Shown: piece by piece, positions 1 through 10,825 of the stretch
How the letters are laid out: every line of letters starts with the position of its first letter
Numbering within the stretch: the first letter of the stretch is position 1
NCBI GenBank assembly: GCA_002269645.1
Contig: NIVC01001912.1
Span: 1-64,000 of the forward strand
Direction: 5' to 3'
Length of the DNA: 64,000 bases
From: Macrostomum lignano
Lineage: Eukaryota
Position numbers and translations under genes: made by a program
Notes under the pieces: generated by a model
The model's input: the letters and a program-made list of their open reading frames with translations, nothing else
Databases searched by the model: none
Told to the model about the DNA's origin: nothing

Positions 1-246
1 ATGAATTTGGTCAAACTTTAGAAAAAACGGGAGAAAGCTAAAGGATTTTTTGACAATATTGGATCCAATTTTAGACCAGCTGTTCAGAAAATTTTTAATA
101 AATTAGGAAAAGATTTTAATATCATTGAAAAACACGACGGAAGCGGATTATATCTCGAAATGCGACCAAAAGCAGGTTCAGGAATTTTCTTAAATTCAAA
201 CGTTATGGGCAATGGATTGCTATTACCAAAAGCAGATCTCGAATAG
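1..246 (+). CDS. 3' end of a Polinton small protein with repeated GSGLYL/GSGIFL/GNGLLL motifs (core-protein-like)
   Basis: Manual translation ...KHDGSGLYLEMRPKAGSGIFLNSNVMGNGLLLPKADLE*, stop at 244-246; the 5' part is outside the window or frameshifted. Confidence 0.5.
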
Positions 247-330
247 GCTCCTGGGGGGAGGGTCTGGACACCAAAAACACAAAATTAAAAAATCAATAAT
301 TCAAACATTATATAAATTTTATTCTATAAA

Positions 331-3300
331 ATGGAAGCAATTTTAGCTCAAATCGACAACCTGAACTTAGAGCACAATTAATAGCTCAAATCGAGCACAA
401 CGAATTGCGATAGGGCTGAAATAGAAGCAAGAATTAGGGCAGAAAATGAGATACGTTTAGAAAGACAATTAAATGATATTGATAACCCAACCACAAGGAC
501 AAAATGGAGCTGAAGTAATATATATAGATATAGATATAAATACAAATTATAAAGAATATTTTAAACAAATGAAAGATAAATTAAAGACCATATTAAACAA
601 TTATACTATAAGGCCAAATAACAAACGACAGCCAATTAAGTATAAAATAGAAGTTGAAACAGAATTTAAAAAACCAAATATTCTTAATGCAAATTCAGAA
701 ATTGAAGTAATAAATAACTTTTCACAAGAATCATATAAAACATTATTATCAATGGGAAATTACAACAATCAATTCGATCAAATAGAAGCTGAGTTTGATG
801 AATGGATAGATAAGATGACAGAAAACGGATCTGGGTTTATATTTGTATCTGTAATTCAGCAATAGTAAAGATTGCACCTATAGAAATTCTTAAAGGACGA
901 TCACATATGAAGCTCAATTTAAATCACCTATGATTATAAATCCAGACAATAAAGATAATAAATGTTTATTATGGTGTTTATTAATTCATAAATATCACAA
1001 TCAAGTAGAATCACACATTAATAAAATATATAATTATAGACAATATGAGGATGAAATAATAATGAAAAACATATCATACCCAGTAGCAATAGATGATATA
1101 TATAAGATTGAAAAAATGAATGGTTTAAATATTAATGTGTTTACAATTGAAGAACCAAAAGATCTAGAAGAAATTCAACCGATCCAGAATGGTATAAGAA
1201 AGGTGTTATCTTGTTAAGCCAGCAACTGATATAACAGCACCAGATCAAATCGATCTTTTGTACATACAGCGCGAAAATGAAACACATTATATATACATAA
1301 AAGACATTAGTTCTTTTTAGAGAAAATAGAAATAGATATCCACTATGTAGAAATTGTTTCACATTTAAAAAGGATGAAACAGCTCTTAAAAACCACCAAC
1401 GATTTTGTTTAGATCACAAATTTACTAATGCTATAATGCCAGCATGAAGATGCAACCCTAAAGTTCCAACAACATTATATGGCAGTTAAAAAACCAATAG
1501 TAATATATGCTGATTTTGAAGCAACAAATGTTCCCTTAAAAGAATCACAGACAGTATCTGATGGTGAATGCACAAAAAAATTGGCACAACAGTTTCCGAA
1601 TAGTTATTGTATATATGTACACTCGTAGCTGATCATATATTTAAATCAAGGATGATTACTTACCACGGTAATGATGCAGCTAAGCACATGGCAGAATCAT
1701 TAGTAAATGTATTTGAATATATTCAAAATCAATATGATAAATTATCAAAAAATATTAATATGACAATAAGGATAGAGACAATTATAAAAATGCAACAAAT
1801 TGTTTTATGTGCAAAAGATATTTAAGTAAGAAAAATAAGATACGAGAACATTGTCATCTAACGGAATTATCGAGGGGCAGCATGTAGATCATGTAATGCA
1901 AAAGAAGGAAAAGGATGTAAGGAAATACCAGTATTTTTTCATAATGGTTCCGGATATGATTTTCATTTCTTAGTTCGAGAATTGCTTCATTTAGGAAAGG
2001 ATGAATATGAAATAAATATATTACCTAAAACATCAGAAAATTACATATCAATAACATATGGTAAGAAATACTCCCATCTAGTTTTTCTAGATTCCTTGAG
2101 ATTCTTATCAACATCTTTAGCAAATGTTGTTTCATCATTAGTTCCAAAACCATGGGATTTAGAAATAGTAAAGAAAAACTTTCCAATACTATTGAATCGT
2201 TTCAAAAAGAAAAACTATCCGAGGAAGAACTAATGCTATTAACTCGTAAGGGCATCTATCCATATGAATATGTAACATCTGAAGACGTATTTTTCATACC
2301 GAATTAACCCCAATTGAAAAGTTTTATTCAACATTATCACAAACAAATATAAGTGAATCGGATTATGAACACGCTCAAAAAGTATGGAAATACTTTAATT
2401 GTAAAACATTTAAAGATTATCATAATCTATATCTTAAAGCAGATGTTCTCCTATTAGCTGATGCATTTGAAAACTTTAGGAATCATACATATGAGAATTT
2501 TAAAATTGATCCCGCATATTGTTTCAGTGCACCGGGATTAACATGGGCTTGTGGTTTGAAACATACAGATGTTAAGATTGATTTACTAACTGATCATGAT
2601 ATGTTGTTAATGATTGAGAGAGGAATTCGCGGCGGATTCTCGGGTGTACTAGGAGATAGATATACTAAAGTAAATAATAAATATCTACCAAATTATAATA
2701 AAAAAGAAAAATCATCATATGTATTATATCTAGATGCAAACAATTTATACGGTGGTTGTATGAAACAAAAATTACCAATAGCTGATTTCCAATGGGAAGA
2801 TGACCCCGATTATTACAAAAATATTCCCGAAGGAAGGGGCTGTATCGTAGAAGTGGATTTGCAATATACTCGGGAAGCAAAAGCAAAAACATATAAATAT
2901 CCTTTAGCTCCAGAGCATTGTTCAGTTAATGAAGATGATTTATCACAAACACAAAAAGATTATCTTAAAGCAGATAATGCAAAACATCTAGCAACAAAAA
3001 AATTAATATTAAATTTACATGATAAGAAAAACTATGTAGTGCATTATAAGCTTCTACAATTTTATGAAAAGCAGGGATTAAAAGTGTCTAAAGTACATCG
3101 AACAATATCGTTTATTGAGGAAGATTGGTTAGCTAAATATATTGACTTTAATTCAAATCAGAGACAGATGTCAAAAACAAATTTTGAGAAAGATTATTGG
3201 AAATTAATGAATAATGCTTTTTATGGAAAAACGGTTGAAAATATTAGAGATAGAACCCAATTCCATTTAGAAAAGGATATTGATAAAGCAAAGAAATATT

Positions 3301-4234
3301 TCTCAAAACCTAACTTTAAAGATTTTATAAAATTTGATGATAACTTTATGGGTATTCATATGAGAAATAAAACAACAAAATTTCTTAAACCAATATTTAT
3401 TGGAATGGTTGTTTTAGATTATGCAAAGCTAGTAATGTATGAATATTATTATGATGTTATAAATAAAACATGGCCAGATAACTATCCAATATATGCAGAC
3501 ACCGACAGTTTGGTATTTAAGGTTGAAACAGATGACGGACGGAGCCGCGAACCAAAGGTTCGATGTCTATAAAGATATGGAAAAAATTAAGGATACATTG
3601 GATACCTCCGACTATCCGGATAACCATCCTTTAAAATCAGATCAAAATAAAAAAGTTGTACTTAAAATGAAAGATGAATTAAATAGCAAAATCATAACCG
3701 AGTTTATAGCAATAAGATCAAAATGCTATGCATTTAAAGTTTTAGGACAGGAGGGAGAGGTAAAAAAATAAAAGGGGTATCAAGGCAGCAGTTAAAAAGA
3801 TAACATTTGATGATTATAAAAACGTACTTTTAGATTACCTTAATACAATTGAAAATTATCATGCTCCACAATATCGATTAAATTCAGATAAGCATCAGAT
3901 GTTTGTCATCGAGACAGATAAAAAAACATTAAGTCCATTTGATGATAAAAGATATTTAGATGATAAAATTAAAACATATCCATATGGTTTAAAAGAAGAG
4001 ATAAAAAATATGATAAAAGATAAAAAACAAAAAGAAGATATAATAAGCAAATATAATGAATACAAAGAGGCAATAAATAATTATTATTACGATTGTGATT
4101 GCGAATCCGAATGTGATTGTGAATATAATACATTTCTAGAATATGAAAAAGATATAGATAATTATTATTCAACATTTCCAAAAGAACTTAAAAAATTAAA
4201 CAAGGAAAAAGTCTTGATAACTGGAAGAGATTAA
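331..4234 (+). pseudogene. polB: Protein-primed family B DNA polymerase (pPolB), broken by several frameshifts/stops (decay or assembly error)
   Basis: ORF pieces carry exonuclease motifs (VIYADFE, FHNGSGYDFHF, FLDSLRFL), polymerase motifs (YLDANNLYG, KLMNNAFYGK, YADTDS) and C-terminal LSPFDDKRY; aaaATG start at 331. Confidence 0.92.
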
Positions 4235-4438
4235 CAGAAAAATTACTTATCGGGTCTGTAAAAAACCAAAGCATGTAATTGTTTGAGCAAATCATTAACT
4301 TCAATTTCATATATTATTGAGCACCAATTATCCTCACAGTCGGCAGGGTAACTTAAACAATCTTTATTTTTTTCCTAAGTTTTTTTATTTTTCTAACAAG
4401 ACGATCAATTTTCAATTTCAATTACTATTTCAGCATAA

Positions 4439-4642
4439 TTAATTGCTTTTGTATAAAACGTTTTCTTTTATCCAAGTCGTATCGGATAGGAAACATATCA
4501 TCGTATAAATCAACTTCGTTCGATCACCATAATCACTATAAAACATATTATTTATTTTTTTATTAATATCATTAAGTTCACGCTCTTTAGTGATAAGGAT
4601 TTTTATCGTATCATCGATACGCGTGCTTTGCATTGTCTCCAT
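4439..4642 (-). CDS. Polinton hypothetical protein (contains a degenerate double-hairpin unit at 4605-4636)
   Basis: 67-aa ORF with aaaATG context inside the element; no recognised domain. Confidence 0.4.
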   Translation of the reverse strand: METMQSTRIDDTIKILITKERELNDINKKINNMFYSDYGDRTKLIYTMICFLSDTTWIKENVLYKSN

Positions 4643-4663
4643 TTTCTTATAAAAAATTTAAAC

Positions 4664-4993
4664 TTATTCGGGGTCATCCTCCCAAACCGAAGCCAATTTT
4701 ACAGTCCTATCACTCTTTTTATTTTTTGGTTGTTTTAGTTTAAATTGCAACCCACTCTCCAGACTGTATTTCATAACAAACGCTTTTGGTTTATTAATAA
4801 CTAAAACAGGAAAATTTTTAACATCATCTCCGCTTAGACATAAAATTTTTTGCCCATCTAATTGTAAAAATATTGATTGAAGCCCAATAAATTTAACCTG
4901 TCTCAAACATATAATATTATATTCTTTATTCTCCAATATATTGGGTGTGAGATAATTAATCACATTAGAATCGGTTTTGAACCAGCTCTCCAT
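4664..4993 (-). CDS. Polinton hypothetical protein
   Basis: 109-aa ORF with aaaaATG start like other viral genes; tightly packed. Confidence 0.55.
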   Translation of the reverse strand: MESWFKTDSNVINYLTPNILENKEYNIICLRQVKFIGLQSIFLQLDGQKILCLSGDDVKNFPVLVINKPKAFVMKYSLESGLQFKLKQPKNKKSDRTVKLASVWEDDPE

Positions 4994-5099
4994 TTTTAAT
5001 CTAAAAAAATAACAAAAAAATGAAAGACATTTATGTTTGTAATAAATGTAACGTGACTATGCACAGAGCTCAAACAGCAAACGGAGATATATATCATAT

Positions 5100-5531
5100 G
5101 TGTATTCATGTTCTAAAATATATCAATTTGAAAAAACAAAAAAGATTGAAAACTCATATTACTATTTTAAAAACACAATTTTAAGAAATCTTACAAGAGA
5201 CATTTCTCATCCAATTTTAATTCCCGGAAATAATGTTTATTTATATAATAACTTTTTCCATTTAAATAAAGGAAAGGGATTAAGTTCGAAAGACGCTGAA
5301 AGGATTTTAATTTTAGTTGGATATTATTTTAATTTTCTTATTCGAGAGAATACAAAGTTTATAAGGATAGGTAACATACCTAACGAAATGTTACTGAAAA
5401 AGTCATTGGAATTTTTATGTATTGATAAAAAATTTAAACCTAGGATTACAAGAGAATTACCACTTTGGGAAGAATATATAACATATGCATTAGAAAAACT
5501 AAACAACATTAAGTTCTACCGCACTACCTGA
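5100..5531 (+). CDS. Polinton hypothetical protein
   Basis: 143-aa ORF within the element; no motif recognised. Confidence 0.45.
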   Translation: MYSCSKIYQFEKTKKIENSYYYFKNTILRNLTRDISHPILIPGNNVYLYNNFFHLNKGKGLSSKDAERILILVGYYFNFLIRENTKFIRIGNIPNEMLLKKSLEFLCIDKKFKPRITRELPLWEEYITYALEKLNNIKFYRTT

Positions 5532-5622
5532 CCTCGGGCTTTGTACTCCCATACTCATAGTTTCGGTTTGTATTCAATAGTTTCTATCGGAGGAGCTTTG
5601 GGTTTGTCCAAACGCAATTCCT

Positions 5623-6172
5623 TCAATTCCATATCGGTAAAAGTTTCAACATCAAAATTCTATTTCTATCTTTTAAATATTTTTCATATAACTCAACCGC
5701 GGTTGATAATTCATGAATAGTTATCTCTCCGTCATCCAATATTTTTTGCACATATAAATATAATTGATTTTTATATTGTTTTGCAACATCTCTTAAAGAT
5801 TTATATTTTTCCTTTCTTTTTTTAAGATATAATTTAATTGCTAAAAGTATTGATAAGTTCCTGATCAATTCAAAACCTGATATTGAGCCAATTGAAATAC
5901 CTAAAAATAATTGAGATAAATTAAGAGTTGGAAATGATTGTAAAACACCTAAAACATTACACATAACATCGATAAGCTTCCAAATCCAATATTGAAAAAA
6001 TCCATATTTCTTATATGGTTTGAAACTCTTCTTACTTTTTTAGTATATAAATCATAATCATAGTTAATACGATCAACATTACTTAACATGTGACCCTTGC
6101 GTTGGTCGTGCATAGCACGCGAACCTTCGGTCGGTCAAAATGTTCCCTTTTATCTGCTTCAGATACCGACAT
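5623..6172 (-). CDS. Polinton membrane protein (hydrophobic segments, KILDDGEITIHEL motif); frame restored by one base missing in the hairpin unit at 6105-6136
   Basis: The 113-aa track ORF extends upstream to MSVSEADKREHFD... (ATG 6172) if one T is added in GGT(T)CG. Resembles the conserved Maverick protein with a 'KALxDGxIxxxEF' tail. Confidence 0.55.
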
Positions 6173-6256
6173 TCTCGTCTATTTTTAATAGCACCAAAAT
6201 GAATTCCCCACGCTCTTTGGGTATTTGCCCGGAGCTTAATAGGTATTGTATTGGAC

Positions 6257-6484
6257 TTATTCTTTCTTTTTTCTCCCATTTAAATCCAATTTCCAAAACT
6301 CTTGAAGTATAATATGATTTTTTAATAATTTAATTAATTCTTGAAGCTTCTTATTATCCTGAACATTTACAGTACTAAATAAAAATTTGGTATGAGATTT
6401 GAATGTTTTTATATTTGATTCTTGTTTAGGAATAGGAATAATAACATTATTTTGCCGCATCGATGGAGTTCTACTAAAAGCCAT
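6257..6484 (-). CDS. Polinton hypothetical protein
   Basis: 75-aa ORF with aaaATG start; may be frameshifted at its 3' end. Confidence 0.35.
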   Translation of the reverse strand: MAFSRTPSMRQNNVIIPIPKQESNIKTFKSHTKFLFSTVNVQDNKKLQELIKLLKNHIILQEFWKLDLNGRKKKE

Positions 6485-6570
6485 TTTATATAGAAATATT
6501 TAAGGTATTGTGCATAGCACGCGTATCTTCGATACGATCGAACCTTTGGTTCGCGACTTAGGCTTTAGCC

Positions 6571-8499
6571 TTAGGCGATTTCGGTTTGTGGCCGTTCCAA
6601 ATATGCGGTCGCAGCAAAATCATATCCTGCCGATGTGCTACCACAAACGGCTGCACCACGAATAAAATGTGCAGCATCCGATCCTCCAGTTCGAGCACCA
6701 AAACCCATAAGAGTTCCCGTTTTATCTAAATCTCCCCAAGTTCCACTATCATATGTAAAAAAGTTTTGCCCAATTAGCGTATATGTATTAGCTGATACAT
6801 TGTATGTGCTTATTTGATACCAAACTCTTTGATTTAAAATATTAATTTCAAAAAGATGCCAATCGCCGTTATCAATATTAGCATAGGTTATAGTTTGATC
6901 TGCGTCATTAAGAACATCATTACGAGCTGTTGCACCGTCTGATTTTATATTGCTCCAAACAACCCCAACTCTATCATGCCATTCACTCGCAAACACAATC
7001 AAGCCGGCGCGGGTTGTTAACCCGGATCCAAATTCACTTGTTGGACGTTCGTGACAATATGCATAAAACCAAACCGCATCAGCACCACTTCCTGTAGCAT
7101 TAGCAACTCGGAAATAGAAGGAGGCGGAGATATTACGAAAATGGGTGAAATTAAATTGCAACGCTCCAGACTGACCACTTGCTTCATCAGTAATTCTAGC
7201 TCCATTTTGATAATCAATATAAGTAGCGTTACCAACAAAACTTCCAGTTGGAAAAATATCACCGGCTGTGGTTGGGTTTTGATATCCAGTCCAATTGCAA
7301 ATTACAGGCTCGTACAAAGCGGCATCGATTGCAGGTATTCCATCCAATTTTATTTTATCATTAAAAGACATTCGGCCATCCGCCGTTTGTGTTACTCGCG
7401 TATCAACATAACCTTTAGTAACAACAGAACTGTTATTGTTTATAGTAGAGATATTAGTAATTGTATTACCTCCCATATCAATTGATTGATTAACCACTCC
7501 CAAATTTAAATCAAGAATTGTAAACGTCTGTCTATAAATCTGGAAGGTTGACAGACCCGGGTTGGTTGAACCCGAGTTGATGTAAGACAGAACAATCTGA
7601 AATATGAATATGTTTTATCAAAATTTTGTGTGACATTAATTGTTTGAGTTGAGTTATTTATTGCTACAGAACTATCCGCAGGTATTAATACGTCCCAACT
7701 TGTATTGTCATTACTTCCCTCAAATCGCCATGATGCTGGGTGCTCGGTTGAAGGTGATGGCCTACCACGTAAATCAATTTTATAACACATTATTGCGGAA
7801 GGGCATTGGACTTGAATCCAATAATCGGTTTGAGTATTATTGGTCGCCCAATCTGTTGCATTATCTCCATCAAAAGCTTTCCAGCTTGCAAAATCGGTTG
7901 TATTAAATGCTGTGCTGGCTGTAATTGCAAAACCATTTCCACTCCAATCTGACATAGTAGGTATGTGGCCGGTTTCAACCGTTTGGAATCGATCCTGCTT
8001 TAAGGCTCCACCTCCAACTAAATTATCAACTTCGGTTTTGGTATAGGAATCAGTTATATCTCTTTTTAAATTTAAGGAATTATCAACTTCAGTTTTGCTA
8101 TAAGAATCAGTTATATCTCTTTTTAAATTTAGGGAATTATCAACTTCGGTTTTGGTATAGGAATCAGTTATATCTCTTTTTAAATTTAGGGAATTATCAA
8201 CTTCAGTTTTGGTATAGGAATCAGCAACATTCCGTTTTAAATTTAGGGAATTATCAACTTCGTTTTGTATAAGAATCGGCCGTATTGCGTTTTAAATTTA
8301 GGGAATTATCTATTTGAGTTTTGGTATAGGAATCTGCAACATTTCTTTTTAAATTTAGTTTAGTATCAACTTCACTTTTTTTATAACCTTCATCTTCATT
8401 AATATATCGGTTATCTCCGAATGTAACACTTATTCCACCAGAAGTACCACCACCAGTACTTGATGTTCCGTTCCATGAGGGTGTTCCAGAAAATAACAT
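6571..8499 (-). CDS. Fibre/spike-like protein: 19-aa repeats + F5/8-type C (discoidin-like) domain + legume-lectin-like domain; two apparent frameshifts
   Basis: ORFs 8254-8499, 7506-7955 and 6571-7503 join into one frame after fixing indels near 8265 and 7575 (...GSTNPGLSTFQIYRQTFTILDLNLGVVNQSIDMGGNTITNI...). Motifs: SYTKTEVDN repeats; ASWKAFDG...W...WIQVQ; GSGADAVWFY. Confidence 0.7.
8031..8385 (-). repeat. 57-bp coding tandem repeat (~6 copies, SLNLKRDITDSYTKTEVDN)
   Basis: Unit aattatcaacttcggttttggtataggaatcagttatatctctttttaaatttaagg on the + strand. Confidence 0.9.
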
Positions 8500-8509
8500 T
8501 TTTTACTGT

Positions 8510-8977
8510 CTATTTTATAGAGTCTAAAATCATCTTAAATACTTCGGGGGGTTCCTTCGAGTTATTGATCGAACCTTTGGTTCGCGGACTCCGTCCGATC
8601 TTATATAAAAAATACAACGCAGCCTGTCCGCAATAACTTTTATCAAAGGTTTGAAACTGTCCGTGATAATCTCCACATAAACGATTTTTAGTATGATTAA
8701 ATTTGTCTTTTATTTCCTGTAACGGAGGAAGCGCGTATGAATCAAAAAAATAAACAAGTTTCGGTTTTGAATAAACTGCTGACCAATGAACACCATTTTC
8801 TTTTGTTGTTTCAATATTAACAATGAAAGATCCATATCTTGGTAAGTCTTTTATCTCATCCCGCATAACACATCTGAATGGTTTTATTTTTAACTGCCTC
8901 GCCCAATTTGTTAATTCGATATTGCTTGTTGTGTCTGTTCCATATCGTTGTTTAAAATCATCCCACGTCATGGTCAT
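8510..8977 (-). CDS. Adenain-like cysteine (maturation) protease
   Basis: GVHW, FDSY and QFQTFDKSYCG catalytic motifs; carries an in-frame 10-aa hairpin-derived insert (GRSPRTKGSI). Confidence 0.9.
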   Translation of the reverse strand: MTMTWDDFKQRYGTDTTSNIELTNWARQLKIKPFRCVMRDEIKDLPRYGSFIVNIETTKENGVHWSAVYSKPKLVYFFDSYALPPLQEIKDKFNHTKNRLCGDYHGQFQTFDKSYCGQAALYFLYKIGRSPRTKGSINNSKEPPEVFKMILDSIK

Positions 8978-8978
8978 T

Positions 8979-9152
8979 TTATGTTCCTGAAAAACTCTTG
9001 GTTTTAGTTAGTTTCGTAGGTGTGGGTTTTAATAGTTCCTTTCGGATTTTTTCTGCCTGTAATTGTTTCAATTTTGTTAGTTCGATTTCATAATTATCCT
9101 TTGCGTTTTGAACTTTTTCCGTTTGTTTTTTTAAAGCATTGTTGTTACCCAT
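8979..9152 (-). CDS. 57-aa basic small protein (MGNNNALKKQ...), below the ORF-track cut-off
   Basis: taaaaATG start; exactly fills the gap between penton and protease; N-terminal Met-Gly. Confidence 0.55.
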   Translation of the reverse strand: MGNNNALKKQTEKVQNAKDNYEIELTKLKQLQAEKIRKELLKPTPTKLTKTKSFSGT

Positions 9153-9162
9153 TTTTACAGTA

Positions 9163-9948
9163 CTAAACCTGTTTTATACGTAAAATTATTGTTATTGACT
9201 GCCCACCAAAACTTATTAATCTATCGCTTTCATCTACAATCCTAATATAAATTGATTGAACATTATATTGATTTAATGGGTAATATATTGGGGTTTGAGG
9301 TGATACAATCATTTTCTCTCCAATTGGAACAGCAAGAAATGGGATTGAATAAATAATTCCACGTTGAACCAAAACTCCGTTATCGTCTGTTATATAACCA
9401 CCGTTTGAAATGTCGGTTGTTATATTAATTGTATTTACTCCACCCTCTATATTTCCAACTGTATCACCGGTGCTTGATGTGGTAACTATTCGGGAATTAA
9501 ATCCAAGTATGGTTCTGAGTGAATTTGCAATTGTGAAATCAACCTGATATCCGGATTCGAGTGATAGTGTGAATCTTCCAGACGGTAAATCAACACCTAT
9601 AACAATTGCTCCTGCTACCCAATCTCCATTAGCTGTTAATTCTCCTTCTATATAAGCATTCAAATCAGTATAGCTATACGCACCCGGGCTAACACTAAAT
9701 GTTGTCCAATTGGCTCCGGAATCTTTAGAATATCTAAATTGATTATTTGTTGCATTAATTAATTGAGGCATGTTGAAAACCGAAAATAGTATTAAACCTA
9801 TTTGATAACTTAGGCTTTGATCGAGTTGTAATGGATCGCGCAATTGAATCCGTTGCTCGCTGGTTGTCATTATAAACTGTAATGTTGTACTAAATTTTGA
9901 ATTAGTTCGATCTACCAATTGTTTTATAGTATTTAAATTTGTAGTCAT
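9163..9948 (-). CDS. Minor capsid protein (penton, single jelly-roll)
   Basis: Maverick penton-like motifs (INATNNQFRYS, PGAYSYTDLN, LRTILGF, YYPL, VDESDRLISFGGQSITIILRI); taaaaATG at 9948. Confidence 0.8.
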   Translation of the reverse strand: MTTNLNTIKQLVDRTNSKFSTTLQFIMTTSEQRIQLRDPLQLDQSLSYQIGLILFSVFNMPQLINATNNQFRYSKDSGANWTTFSVSPGAYSYTDLNAYIEGELTANGDWVAGAIVIGVDLPSGRFTLSLESGYQVDFTIANSLRTILGFNSRIVTTSSTGDTVGNIEGGVNTINITTDISNGGYITDDNGVLVQRGIIYSIPFLAVPIGEKMIVSPQTPIYYPLNQYNVQSIYIRIVDESDRLISFGGQSITIILRIKQV

Positions 9949-9981
9949 TTTTATAGTGGGAAATCGTGCCATAGGCACGAA

Positions 9982-10773
9982 CTAAGTCTCTTCTTCCTCA
10001 TTATCTTCTTTTATCAGATCTCTTAAGATTCGATTTTTCCTTTCTAACCTAGGGTTGATATATATATGTTTGTATTGGCTATCTCCCAAATTTTTTTACA
10101 CAAGCTTTTAAATGGTTTTGTATCCAATCCAGGATTAAATCTAGCGTGTATATTTTGTAAATCATAATTATCTAAATCAAACATTACACAACAACTTGCA
10201 TTCTTTTTTATAATCGATTCTAATTCTCTAAAGGACTGTGTTAGATAAAAAGCTCCGATTCCATCTCCTCTACCACTAACAAAAATTTCCTTTTGCAATT
10301 CTTGATCACCGTCATTAATACAATCATCAAAAATAATTAGTGTTTTATCATTTTTTGGAATTTGATCATAGCCTAATCGGGTTGATACTCTAACAGTTGG
10401 GGCTCGTTCGGTGATGTTTTCTGGTTCGAACCTTTGGTTCGCGGACTCCGTCCGATCTTCTGCCATTTTTTACATAAATCCTCAATGTCATCGAGTGTAA
10501 ATCGCGGTTCGTCATCATCCTCATATTGCTCATATGCTCTTAACATTCTAAACAAGACATCTTTTTTTAATTTGTTTTTTAATCCATGTTTAAGAAATTC
10601 ATAATATTTTATTCTAGGTTTATTAGTATAAATTATTAAATTATTATAGTCTAGCATTCCATCGTTGTTAACAGGTCATAAACAAAGTGTGTTTTTCCTT
10701 TACCCGACCCACCAATTACTAAACAAAGAAAAGGATCATTTGGAAATATTTTATTGTGTTTTGCTTTTACCAT
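9982..10773 (-). CDS. A32/FtsK-like genome packaging ATPase (apparent frameshifts near 10650, 10470 and 10060)
   Basis: Walker A GGSGKGKT (~10700-10725), Walker B LIIFDD, SGRGDGIGAFYLTQS, IIKKNAS. ATG at 10773; probable C-terminus ...RDLIKEDNEEEET*. Confidence 0.88.
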
Positions 10774-10825
10774 TTTTTAAGTAAATAATTTAAAGTGGGG
10801 CGACGGTCGGAGACCTGCACTCATT

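Noticed and set aside
331-4234. Programmed ribosomal frameshifting in pPolB
   Set aside because: Too many scattered indels and stops, with no consistent slippery-site/structure pattern; error or decay is more parsimonious.
4529-4545. CGAAC-GAA-GTTG partial hairpin
   Set aside because: Imperfect and not a multiple of 3; cannot be distinguished from chance.
7010-7024. CGGGTT-GTT-AACCCG hairpin in the lectin domain (and a similar one at ~7557-7574)
   Set aside because: Single arm without the AT-flanked 30-nt geometry; may be chance or native coding sequence.
8031-8385. CRISPR-like appearance of regular repeats here and in host minisatellites
   Set aside because: Contiguous tandem units without unique spacers; no cas genes; eukaryotic context.
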